IMG/VR virus record: IMGVR_UViG_3300024309_000078
Coordinates: 1 to 31,402 of that record
DNA: 31,402 nt
Source of the DNA: a virus
Taxonomy: Duplodnaviria; Caudoviricetes
Reading direction: 5' to 3' (one strand)
Shown: piece by piece, positions 7,643 through 16,472 of the stretch
How positions within the stretch are numbered: the stretch's first letter is position 1
Layout of the letters: the number at the start of each line of letters is the position of its first letter
Program-made: the position numbers and the translations under genes
Notes under the pieces: model-generated
What the model was told of the DNA's origin: nothing
Database searches by the model: none
The model's input: only the letters and a program-made list of their open reading frames with translations

Positions 7643-8227
7643 ATGAATGAATTAATTGAACAATTAAATAAAAAATACAACACCGTAATTAATCGATACG
7701 GTTTAACAACCAACCTACAACGTCAGCATTTTTTTAGCCAGCTTTGGCATGAAAGCAAATTAGTTCCACGTGCAGAAAATCTAAACTACTCAGCCGAAAG
7801 ACTTTTAAAGATATTTCCTAAATACTTCAAAGATTTGGAAACCGCAAAGAAATATGAACGCAATAGCGAGATGATAGCCAATTATGTTTATGCGTCAAGA
7901 ATGGGTAATGGCGATGAAAAATCGGGAGATGGCTGGAAATTTAGGGGCCGCTCTTTCATACAAATTACGGGAAGGGCAAACTATGAAACATTAGCAAAGC
8001 ATTTAAGCAATGAAAATCTAGTTACCGACCCCGATTTATTGCTTACCGAAGTTAATGCAATAGTCAGCGCATTATGGTACTGGCAAACCAATAAAATTAA
8101 TTCAGTAATTGATAACGATACTGATTTAAGCATTAAACGAGTTACCAAGAAGATAAACGGGGGATTGAATGGGATTGAAGACCGCAAAAAAAATTTAAAA
8201 GAGGTAAGTAAACTTAAACTAGTTTAA
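7643..8227 (+). CDS. Glycoside hydrolase family 19 endolysin
   Basis: HFFSQLWHES, ENLNYSA, DGWKFRGRSFIQITGRANY and VTKKINGGLNGIEDR motifs. Confidence 0.93.
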   Translation: MNELIEQLNKKYNTVINRYGLTTNLQRQHFFSQLWHESKLVPRAENLNYSAERLLKIFPKYFKDLETAKKYERNSEMIANYVYASRMGNGDEKSGDGWKFRGRSFIQITGRANYETLAKHLSNENLVTDPDLLLTEVNAIVSALWYWQTNKINSVIDNDTDLSIKRVTKKINGGLNGIEDRKKNLKEVSKLKLV

Positions 8228-8228
8228 T

Positions 8229-8951
8229 TTATGACGTACGGTTTCGCATTTTCAAAAGTTTTTTTCTAAAATCTTTAGGATAATTTAACACATAATACTT
8301 TTGAAAATTTTTCTGGAAATAATTTTCTAATTTCTGTATGTCTTGGAAATAATTAAAAAACACTAAGCGATAAGTTTGAAACTTTTTAATATCAAATGAT
8401 TCCTCATTAAAGGCATAATCTTTTTTTAAATATAAAGATTCTTTTAAACTGAATAATATAGCTTTTAATTCGTCATCAACATATTTGCCTGAATTTAATA
8501 TCCTGTTAATTGTTTTAACAGTAGCCGTACGTCTAATTTGAAAGAATGATAACAACGAATTCTTTTCATAATTATAAATTTTAAGTACTTTCAAATTATC
8601 GTATTTAAGAAGTTCTTCAAATTCTTCACTAGATGGATAGTAATTTCTTAAATGTATATCTTGCTTAAGAACTCTAATAATATGATAATTATTTGCAATA
8701 ATTAAATTAGTTTTAAATGAGATGTATGGTAAAATTGATTTCTTTTCTTCTCTTTCAACGAGATAAACATTAAGAAAATAAAAAATATAACCAGCGATAT
8801 ATGACAAACAAAGATTGTCAATTATTGTTTCTGCCTTAACTGCTTTGTTTGTAAATATCCCAAAAGTGTTAAATTTAAAATCAATAAAATTTATCCAAAA
8901 TGTAATTATAAACGTTAAAACAAAGATTACTGTAAGTCCTTTTATTTTCAT
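8229..8951 (-). CDS. Hypothetical membrane protein (2 TM plus soluble domain), low-GC cargo
   Basis: Two hydrophobic segments (LTVIFVLTFIITFW, LCLSYIAGYIFYFLNVYL); start placed at ATG 8951 instead of TTG 8978. Confidence 0.75.
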   Translation of the reverse strand: MKIKGLTVIFVLTFIITFWINFIDFKFNTFGIFTNKAVKAETIIDNLCLSYIAGYIFYFLNVYLVEREEKKSILPYISFKTNLIIANNYHIIRVLKQDIHLRNYYPSSEEFEELLKYDNLKVLKIYNYEKNSLLSFFQIRRTATVKTINRILNSGKYVDDELKAILFSLKESLYLKKDYAFNEESFDIKKFQTYRLVFFNYFQDIQKLENYFQKNFQKYYVLNYPKDFRKKLLKMRNRTS

Positions 8952-9094
8952 AAGTAGATTAAAATTTAGCTTCTCCAAAGAAAAACAATTAAAATAACAC
9001 TTCCATTTTTTAATGATTCTTTTTAAGCTTACGTAAAACCGTAACGATTTTAAAAATTTTGCTATTTACTTTATATTTCTAAAAATCAATAAAA

Positions 9095-9250
9095 ATGAAA
9101 AAATCTCTTGAGGAACAATATTTAGATATTAGAATAGAAATACAGAACCATTTCAAAGAGATGGAAAAAGAATCAAAAATTGAAATGGCAACTCTTAAAG
9201 CATTAGTCGCTTTGGTTTTCTTCGGTCTTATTGCTTTGATAATAATTTAA
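9095..9250 (+). CDS. 51-aa tail-anchored membrane peptide
   Basis: MKKSLEEQY...LKALVALVFFGLIALIII*; ATG after an A-rich region; not in the ORF track. Confidence 0.6.
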   Translation: MKKSLEEQYLDIRIEIQNHFKEMEKESKIEMATLKALVALVFFGLIALIII

Positions 9251-9289
9251 CTTGAACTGATTAACTATATTTGTTAAAAAATTTGCTGT

Positions 9290-9919
9290 ATGGAAAACGT
9301 ATTAACTACTATTCTCAGCTCTTCGATAATTGCGACTTTGGTTGCAGGACTAATAACAAAAATTACTGAAGGAAGAATTCAAAGCACTTTTGACAAGAAA
9401 CTTGAAAGCGTCAAAAAAGAACATACTCTAGAAATCGCAAAATTTCAAAGCGAATTGGATTCTCTAAAAGCAAAGGAAAATTTCAAGTTCACAAAATTAC
9501 ACGAGGAACGCTTTAACGTATTGAAAAACACATATAGATTAGTCAATAAAAGCAGAAACGATTTGGCTCTTTTTGTCAGTGAAATTAAAGTTATTCCACG
9601 CAATACTACGGCAGAAAAGAATCTAGATAGGCTAAATGAAATTTTCCGAAATTCACACGAAGAGTTTGTAAGATACGTCGATGATAATTTAATCTTTTAT
9701 AGTGAAAATCTAGAATCCATTCTAGCTGATTTCTTAGAAAAAAGTTTTCAAATATTCATTGACTATGACACTAACATCGTATTGAAGCACGCTGGAATAG
9801 TTAATGAAGAGATAAGAAAAAAAGCTGTCACTGCCTATAAAAGAGTATTAGACGACATTCACCCTATCAGTGTAACTATTAAAAAAGAAATTAGAGAAAT
9901 GTTAGGAGCTAATTTATAA
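9290..9919 (+). CDS. Hypothetical protein with N-terminal TM and coiled coil, cargo
   Basis: Hydrophobic N-terminus, helical body, own TATATTTG (9266-9273) and downstream terminator. Confidence 0.78.
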   Translation: MENVLTTILSSSIIATLVAGLITKITEGRIQSTFDKKLESVKKEHTLEIAKFQSELDSLKAKENFKFTKLHEERFNVLKNTYRLVNKSRNDLALFVSEIKVIPRNTTAEKNLDRLNEIFRNSHEEFVRYVDDNLIFYSENLESILADFLEKSFQIFIDYDTNIVLKHAGIVNEEIRKKAVTAYKRVLDDIHPISVTIKKEIREMLGANL

Positions 9920-9922
9920 TAC

Positions 9923-9955
9923 AAAAGTCCAACACTTATGTTGGACTTTCTTATT
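9923..9955. terminator. Bidirectional terminator ending the late region
   Basis: AAAGTCCAACA-CTTA-TGTTGGACTTT. Confidence 0.8.
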
Positions 9956-10165
9956 TTACTTTTTTTTGATATTTATTAGTTTTTCAGCTGCATTGATGCC
10001 TAAAGCACCCAAAGCAAGTATAAGCACGCTGTTGTTCGCTCCTTCACTTGGAAAAACGAACATATAAACACACAAACTCAATCCAGCCACCAAACCAATA
10101 AAACGTTTTGATGATGGATTAGAATTGTACTCAACTAGTTTCTTTATGAAGTTTAGGAATATCAT
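9956..10165 (-). CDS. Putative holin (2 TM)
   Basis: 69 aa, SSKRF followed by two hydrophobic segments and a basic C-terminus; last gene of the late region. Confidence 0.6.
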   Translation of the reverse strand: MIFLNFIKKLVEYNSNPSSKRFIGLVAGLSLCVYMFVFPSEGANNSVLILALGALGINAAEKLINIKKK

Positions 10166-10425
10166 TATCTTTCAATATCTTTTTTTTTGCTCAGCTCTTT
10201 TGAAAGCTGTTTAATTTCTTGGCTTAATTCTTTTATTGCCGTAAACAAATCATCAATCTTATTATTGAGATTGGTATGTTCTGTTTCAATTACTTTAATT
10301 GATGTTGCATGTTGATTAATCATTGTATCATGTTTCTGGATTTTCTCAAACAATTGTTTTAAAAAATATCCAATTATTGAGATAAGCAATGAAATAACCG
10401 TTAATGCCAGTTGTTCTATATTCAT
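10165..10425 (-). CDS. Holin/XhlA-like protein (TM plus coiled coil)
   Basis: N-terminal TM, heptad-rich C-terminus, TAATG-coupled to the next gene. Confidence 0.55.
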   Translation of the reverse strand: MNIEQLALTVISLLISIIGYFLKQLFEKIQKHDTMINQHATSIKVIETEHTNLNNKIDDLFTAIKELSQEIKQLSKELSKKKDIER

Positions 10426-10458
10426 TTGATTTCGTTTATGGTTATTATAGATTTAATA

Positions 10459-10482
10459 AGGGCAAACGTAAACGCTCACCCT
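10459..10482 (-). terminator. Hairpin after the tail fibre gene, overlapping a candidate late promoter
   Basis: Minus strand AGGGTGAGCG-TTTA-CGTTTGCCCT followed by TATT. Confidence 0.5.
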
Positions 10483-10500
10483 AGTTAAATTTGATTTTTA

Positions 10501-13500
10501 TTAGTTGTAAACTCGGATTTCAATATCTGTACTTAGTATTCCGTCAGTTGGTGATAATCCGTTAAGTGTTTTAACATCAATTGTACTTGTTGTTATCCAT
10601 TGTGCCGCATTTACGTTACCTGTACCGAATGCTGGATTTAAGAAAACCGTCGTTTTTCCAGTTGTAAAAGCAGCCGAAAGCGTACCTCTGTATGTTCCGA
10701 CCCCCGTGCGTGTCCAAACAATTGAACCAATCGAATTATCCATTATTGTTGGTACTGGTGCCGCTGTTCCTGATTGGTTTAAAGTAGCTGTATAAACCTT
10801 GTAACCTAATTTGGGTTGAAAATTAGAATCAACATAATTTTTAGGTACTGCGTGATACGCACTTACAGGGTCAGCAACAACTACGATACCGCCCGAAAAG
10901 TTATTTGTACCTGTAAATGTATTGCTACCTGCAAGGGATGCTTTAGAATTTAAAGACGACTGAACAAAAGCAGTTGTTGCAATCTGGGTTGTATTAGCCC
11001 CTACCGTTGCTGTTGGTGCAGTTGGCGCACCAGTAAGAGTTGCGCCTCCGCTATAAGATGTAGCAGCTATATTACCAGTAACAAACATATTACCGCTTGT
11101 AGAAATACTGCCGTTAGATTGTAATACAGCTCCTGTTCCGTCATCACCAGTTCTGTTTACTAGAAATTTACCATCTGCTGCAATTCTAACTTTTTCAGTA
11201 TTGTTAGTATGAAACGTAATAGGCGTATTTTCTCTATTGATAAATTGCACCTCACTGTTTGTAGCCACACCAAGGACTAAACCGTCTGTATTTGCAGTAC
11301 CAGTATTGGTTGATGTAAACTGCATATAGTTAGATGTCGCGTTTGCGTGTACGTGCAAATTGTAATTTGGTGATTGTAAACCTGCACCCATTCCGACCGC
11401 ACCCGTTGCCATTACTCTAAACAATGAAGAAGTATAATTATAAACTCCTAAAACTGGTCGAGTATCAACAAACTTAATACCTGAGAAAGCATTTGTAGTT
11501 GAGCTATTCGCTTCAATTTTTATGATTGGCTCTGTTCCAGTATCTGATAATGGAACAACCGCACCACGAATACCAATTGATTCCAATGGATTGCGCATAT
11601 AACCAAGCACGTTATTACCGAAAACACCCCCAACTCCATTCGCAAACGGAACAGTTGAAAGACACATACCAGCACCACCTGTAATACCGCTGGTTACTGT
11701 TCCATCTTCTCGATTAACTTCAAGTAATCTAACACCTCCCGTTGAACTAAGATTTAATTTTGATGTACCGTAAGATGCATCACTATTAATCCAAGCATTG
11801 CCTGTTGAGTTGGCTCGAAAAACTTCTGTCATTGCACCGCCCGCTTGTCTAGTTGTTAACGATATATCGCTGGCACTATATCCCGCTGTTGGCTGAACAA
11901 CAGAAATACCAGCATAGGCGTTATTAGCTCCGTTGTTTCCAGTTGCCTGAAGCATTATTGTTGCGAACTGGTCAGCACCGCCCGCATTATGAACGTTTGA
12001 AACTCTTAAATAATCTAAATTTGGTGAAGCTAAGGACGCTGTATATGTACCCGTTTTTGATGCAGCAACGTTTAATTTTGCATCTGATGCTGTTAAATTC
12101 CCAATGTTTGTATTACCGTTACGGTTTATATCCATTAAAATAGTACCAAATCTTGAAAATCTGTAAGCTGGACTAGTTTGGGCTGATAATGAAAAATCCG
12201 AATTTGCAGTAGTTCTAACATTGAAAGCAATATCAGGATTTGCATTTGCATCGGTAGTCAATCCAGCCAAATACAAACCAACTCCATTACTAGATTTACC
12301 AGCAATAAGAGGTGTAAACGCTCCACTTGCCGCGTTACCAATTGATAGCGTACCGTCGCCTTGCGTTACAGGGCTAAACGTATTAGTGTCACCAACTGCA
12401 ATATTTAATTTACCAACTGGTGAAACTGTACCAATACCAACGTTTCCGTTGTCATATATATTTGCATTTCCAAGTACACCAGCACCGACGAATTTTGAAA
12501 TGTAGTTTGTTGTTCCAGTCCCCCCGACTGAATTTGCTTGCACATAAGCAGTTGTTGCAACTTGTGTCGTGTTTGTACCTGCTGGTGCTGTTGGTGCGGT
12601 CAAGACACCAGTAAAAGTTCCTGTTGTTCCAGTTAAACCACCTGTAAGCGTTCCACCTGATAAAGCAAGTCTTGGTACTGAATCGGTTGCGTTGATTATT
12701 ATATTGGCTGTACCATCAAAAGCAACACCGTTGATTGTTCTTGCTGTTGTTAATTTGGTTGCTGATAAAACATTTTTTGTGGAATCGGCTGTATTGTCAA
12801 CATTACCCAATCCTACGGCTGTTTTGTCTAGCGTCTGCCAAGATTTATCACCACGCCAATACTGAGAATTTAAGCCTGTACTTATTACAAATTCTTTGCT
12901 GTTTATTTGAGTTTGAATTGAACTCGTAGCATCGTTATAAAGCTTTTGGCTGTCAGTTTGAAAATTCCTGTTAGTTGTTTCAGTAACTTGGGCTGTTGTA
13001 TAGTCCCCAGTTTGTGCAGTTATTACACCCGCACGACCAAACACGCTTACAACGTTATCACTTCCTGAGTGCTGTTTCTCCCAAGTCGTACCGTTGTAAA
13101 CTACATAATCACCAACAACAAAATTTAAGCTGTTTACACCCGTACCGCTAACTGTAACACGATATACATCACCAGTGTTACCAGTTCCGTTTACAAGAAT
13201 TGGTGTATTAGTTGCCGCATTATAAACACCTTTGTATTCCATAACGGAATTAGGTAGCTGTGAAGTAAGGATTTTACCACCAGCATCTAAACCAGCATAA
13301 CCATTGGCAAGGTTTTTTTCTGAAATATTTTGTTTAAGAACCAAGCCGTTGAAAACTGCATCTTCTGATGGTGCGAAATCAGTAATACCGCTCAAAACAG
13401 TTTGAGATATTTTACCATCAACATAAGCAAAACTTGGCTTTTGGTCTAAAGCATTTTGTAAATCGTATTGGTTAGCAATATCACCCTGAATGTCGCCCCA

Positions 13501-13788
13501 GTTTACCGAGGTTATAAGATTCGGTTTGTTTTTAATGTATGCGTCACTGTCGGGGTCGTTAACTAAAAAATCCGCTTGCACGTTTTTTTCGGCATCTGCT
13601 GGAATACCCTCAAGCTTTGCTTTGTCCGCTGTCGTGTAATCGTTTGTACTAAGTCCTTTACCGCTGATTTTATCAACTTTATTTGCGTATAGCTCAGTAA
13701 AATTGTCCTCACATTTTATGTTTGCATCACGTAAAGTGTCACCCAAATTGTCGTTGGGTGTAGATGTATTAATATGCTTTTGAGCCAT
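10501..13788 (-). CDS. Tail fibre / receptor-binding protein (1095 aa)
   Basis: N-terminal PND..GDTLR.A..K...NFTELY anchor, VGLGNVDNTAD, ATKLTTARTINGVAFDGTANI, two TAPTA..NTTQ.ATTA.VQ repeats, GNVGIGT; G/T/N/S-rich. Confidence 0.88.
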   Translation of the reverse strand: MAQKHINTSTPNDNLGDTLRDANIKCEDNFTELYANKVDKISGKGLSTNDYTTADKAKLEGIPADAEKNVQADFLVNDPDSDAYIKNKPNLITSVNWGDIQGDIANQYDLQNALDQKPSFAYVDGKISQTVLSGITDFAPSEDAVFNGLVLKQNISEKNLANGYAGLDAGGKILTSQLPNSVMEYKGVYNAATNTPILVNGTGNTGDVYRVTVSGTGVNSLNFVVGDYVVYNGTTWEKQHSGSDNVVSVFGRAGVITAQTGDYTTAQVTETTNRNFQTDSQKLYNDATSSIQTQINSKEFVISTGLNSQYWRGDKSWQTLDKTAVGLGNVDNTADSTKNVLSATKLTTARTINGVAFDGTANIIINATDSVPRLALSGGTLTGGLTGTTGTFTGVLTAPTAPAGTNTTQVATTAYVQANSVGGTGTTNYISKFVGAGVLGNANIYDNGNVGIGTVSPVGKLNIAVGDTNTFSPVTQGDGTLSIGNAASGAFTPLIAGKSSNGVGLYLAGLTTDANANPDIAFNVRTTANSDFSLSAQTSPAYRFSRFGTILMDINRNGNTNIGNLTASDAKLNVAASKTGTYTASLASPNLDYLRVSNVHNAGGADQFATIMLQATGNNGANNAYAGISVVQPTAGYSASDISLTTRQAGGAMTEVFRANSTGNAWINSDASYGTSKLNLSSTGGVRLLEVNREDGTVTSGITGGAGMCLSTVPFANGVGGVFGNNVLGYMRNPLESIGIRGAVVPLSDTGTEPIIKIEANSSTTNAFSGIKFVDTRPVLGVYNYTSSLFRVMATGAVGMGAGLQSPNYNLHVHANATSNYMQFTSTNTGTANTDGLVLGVATNSEVQFINRENTPITFHTNNTEKVRIAADGKFLVNRTGDDGTGAVLQSNGSISTSGNMFVTGNIAATSYSGGATLTGAPTAPTATVGANTTQIATTAFVQSSLNSKASLAGSNTFTGTNNFSGGIVVVADPVSAYHAVPKNYVDSNFQPKLGYKVYTATLNQSGTAAPVPTIMDNSIGSIVWTRTGVGTYRGTLSAAFTTGKTTVFLNPAFGTGNVNAAQWITTSTIDVKTLNGLSPTDGILSTDIEIRVYN

Positions 13789-13792
13789 ATAA

Positions 13793-14275
13793 TTAGTACC
13801 AACCTACGAGGTTGGTTGTATTATTCTTGTCGTTATTTTTCCCGTACTCAGGAATTGCATTTTTACTCATGTATTCGTAAAAATTCTGCTCGTAGCTTAT
13901 ACCTATTGATTCGTAGGTTTTACCTAAAATCGTTAGTTCGTTAAGAGGTGTATTTGTCGAACCCTCCGCACCAACTTTGTAAGTTCCTGCGTTGGTCGTC
14001 TTGCTTGTATTGATGGATAAATAAACACTGCAACTGAAAAAGGCGAGCATATCGATTACGTAATCAGTGTAAATTGTCTCATAAATTCCCGTTAACGTTC
14101 CAGCACTATAATCTGCCGAAATTTTATCGTACAAATCAATTCCTAAGATTCTCTTTAAGTATGTGGTTTGAGCTATGATTATGCTAGGTGCTAATTGGTC
14201 AACATCAATGTTTCCACCAAATCCCACCGTTTCACTGATTACCGTTGGTTTGATTAAAACTTTAATTTTTCCCAT
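13793..14275 (-). CDS. Putative head-tail adaptor
   Basis: Coupled to the portal gene; GNIDVDQL...IAQ...LKRILG.DLYDKI pattern recalled from Bacteroidota phage post-portal proteins. Confidence 0.55.
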   Translation of the reverse strand: MGKIKVLIKPTVISETVGFGGNIDVDQLAPSIIIAQTTYLKRILGIDLYDKISADYSAGTLTGIYETIYTDYVIDMLAFFSCSVYLSINTSKTTNAGTYKVGAEGSTNTPLNELTILGKTYESIGISYEQNFYEYMSKNAIPEYGKNNDKNNTTNLVGWY

Positions 14276-15474
14276 TATTCAATGATTTTAGGCTCTTCGT
14301 TATTGTTTTCAGGTTTATCAATCAGATTGATATTTTCCAAGTCCTGAGACCTTGTAGAATTGTTGGTGTTTTCTAGCTTTGTTTCTTCTTTGAAATCCTC
14401 AAAATCCAATTCGATTGTTGAATCGATTACATTAAAAACCTTGTTCAATCCGTTGATTATCACCTCACGCATTGGGTTAATATGTCTTCTAAACAAACCG
14501 CGTGTAGCCGTTGCAATTTCGTCAGCGTTTGAACTGAAACCGTTGCCAGCATTTGAACTTTGGAATAGGATAGGCATAGCTGAATGAGCCACAATAATTT
14601 TCCTTTCAGCTTCCTCAGAATAAAAAACGTTTTGCTGGTTTAGCTCAGGTGGTGAAAGTTGGTCAACTGTTGTTGCTTCTTCGACTCCCTCATTAAAAGA
14701 TACAAGTACAGCACTTTGGTTCTGTGTTCCTGTAATCTTATTTCTGACATCTTGCGCTTGTTTCTCGGCAACTTCTTTTTCTTGAATACGCCCGTTGTTA
14801 TAGTTAACCACTGTTAGAACGGTCATAGCGTTTAAAAAGTGGCTCTTGGCTGCATTGGCAAGTTGACCTTCAACATTAGCCCAAGGAATACCCGCCAAGT
14901 AGTCAGGTAACGGGAAAAACGGCTCTCTTGATGGTCTTTTGCAAACCAAAATTTCTAAATCGTTGCCTTTGTAAACTCCTGTATAAGCTGGAATAAATTG
15001 AGGTCTGTATTTGTATTGTGCTGTCCAGTCCCAGCTGTACCAGTACCCGTTTGTGTTATTCTTTTCATCAAGATTTACGGCAAGTTTTGCAATGTCAATT
15101 CGTTCTATTCTTAAAGGTTTCTTCGCTACCGACCAAATAATTTGAATTGCATAACCGCCAAATAGCTTGTAATCTTGGCACAATAGCAAAACATCTTCGT
15201 CACTTATGTATTTTTTTAAATTCTGCCCGTTTATGTCATAAAGACCGCAACCGTAGATGTAGTTTACGAAAGCATTTATAATGCTGGCGTTGGTTGGGCT
15301 GTCATCATACGCATCGATATAGATTTTATAATTAGAATTATTAACCCCGTTAGTAACCCATTTACGCCCGTAAGATGGTTTTATATCAATTGGCTGAAAT
15401 GCCGACATTAAAACATTTGATTCGAAAGCGTAATTAGAATTCGTAACGGCTGTTTGATTGGGTTTTATAGACAT
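14275..15474 (-). CDS. Portal protein
   Basis: About 400 aa with SPTNASII, PLPDY, HFLNAM, GTQN, IIVAH and FSSNADEI motifs; start uncertain (ATG 15474 overlaps the upstream gene by 41 nt). Confidence 0.75.
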   Translation of the reverse strand: MSIKPNQTAVTNSNYAFESNVLMSAFQPIDIKPSYGRKWVTNGVNNSNYKIYIDAYDDSPTNASIINAFVNYIYGCGLYDINGQNLKKYISDEDVLLLCQDYKLFGGYAIQIIWSVAKKPLRIERIDIAKLAVNLDEKNNTNGYWYSWDWTAQYKYRPQFIPAYTGVYKGNDLEILVCKRPSREPFFPLPDYLAGIPWANVEGQLANAAKSHFLNAMTVLTVVNYNNGRIQEKEVAEKQAQDVRNKITGTQNQSAVLVSFNEGVEEATTVDQLSPPELNQQNVFYSEEAERKIIVAHSAMPILFQSSNAGNGFSSNADEIATATRGLFRRHINPMREVIINGLNKVFNVIDSTIELDFEDFKEETKLENTNNSTRSQDLENINLIDKPENNNEEPKIIE

Positions 15475-15772
15475 AATTTTGAACGTCCGTATTTTCGTCA
15501 ACAATCAAAAGCTTACCTAAGTAAACCAAGCTGTTGTTATTCGTTATGTTACTTACAGTAACTTCGTACTTGTTGGCGCTTTCAAAGTCAGCGGGTACGT
15601 CATTTATTATTATAGTTAAATATGAACCTGAAAGCTCATAAGTAAACCCTAAATCTATCATTACATTAGTCATTTCATTTTTTAGCTTTACGCTTAATTC
15701 ATCTGATAGATTTGGGTATTCTCTAGGCACGCAACTAAACTGCTCAACCTGATTTAATTTGATTACTTTCAT
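15434..15772 (-). CDS. Hypothetical virion protein (112 aa, beta-rich)
   Basis: Within the structural operon, directly before portal. Confidence 0.7.
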   Translation of the reverse strand: MKVIKLNQVEQFSCVPREYPNLSDELSVKLKNEMTNVMIDLGFTYELSGSYLTIIINDVPADFESANKYEVTVSNITNNNSLVYLGKLLIVDENTDVQNYVYKTQSNSRYEF

Positions 15773-15789
15773 TGGTAGATGTTTTAAAT

Positions 15790-15818
15790 AAAAAAAGCAG
15801 GCATTAACTGCCTGCCTT
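15790..15818 (-). terminator. Intrinsic terminator after the putative major tail gene
   Basis: Minus strand GCAGGCA-GTTAA-TGCCTGC followed by a T-tract. Confidence 0.75.
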
Positions 15819-15840
15819 AATTTTTAGTTTAACTTATTAT

Positions 15841-16392
15841 TTACACGTAAGGTTTAATTGCTGCCGCATAGTCAACTAAAGCGGTTGAATTCAACACATA
15901 GTTTCTTGATAGGTCGGCTTCTTCGGTGTGGAATGTTACCGTAAACCCGTTTAAATCTGATATCGCCCCACCTGTAGTATCGGTAACTGTAATTGCCATT
16001 GCTCCGAACTGAGAACCAGCCGCAACAATTGAACCGTCGTTCTTTTCTATGAACAAAACAACCTCACCCTTGATAAGTTCATTTATTAATTTTACTGTTT
16101 CTAAATCTTCACCTTTTGCAACATTGAAAACGCAAGGAATATCACCAACAACTGATGTACTGCGGTTGTCACCGCCCTGTGTTGCTGTCTCTAAATAGTT
16201 AACAGTTGTATTTTTAAGTTCTAACCTTGCAATAGTTGAACCGCTGTAAACACTTGCCAGTGAAGTTACACCTGCACCTGATACGCTAATTCTCTTTAAA
16301 CTATCAAAAGGTGCAACCCCAACCGCCTTAACCCCTGCCATTGAAGACATACAAGATAATTTACGGCTTTTTGAAATTGATGTACAACCCAT
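15841..16392 (-). CDS. Major structural protein, probably the tail tube
   Basis: 183 aa after the capsid gene; C...MAGVK N-terminus and TGGAISDLNGFTVTF C-terminal motif; followed by a terminator. Confidence 0.55.
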   Translation of the reverse strand: MGCTSISKSRKLSCMSSMAGVKAVGVAPFDSLKRISVSGAGVTSLASVYSGSTIARLELKNTTVNYLETATQGGDNRSTSVVGDIPCVFNVAKGEDLETVKLINELIKGEVVLFIEKNDGSIVAAGSQFGAMAITVTDTTGGAISDLNGFTVTFHTEEADLSRNYVLNSTALVDYAAAIKPYV

Positions 16393-16423
16393 TTATATTT
16401 TATAGTTTTTATCTTTCGTTATA

Positions 16424-16463
16424 AAGGCATCAATCCGCCATTTACATGGCGGAAGATTACCTT
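16424..16463 (-). terminator. Stem-loop after the capsid gene (terminator or mRNA stabiliser)
   Basis: TCCGCCAT-TTAC-ATGGCGGA core, extendable with AAGG...CCTT. Confidence 0.55.
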
Positions 16464-16472
16464 AAATTATTT

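Noticed and set aside
10501-13788. Tail-fibre diversification by invertase shufflon or diversity-generating retroelement
   Set aside because: No alternative inverted C-terminal cassettes or flanking inverted sites seen, no reverse transcriptase, and no TR/VR pair; the recombinase is 10 kb away.
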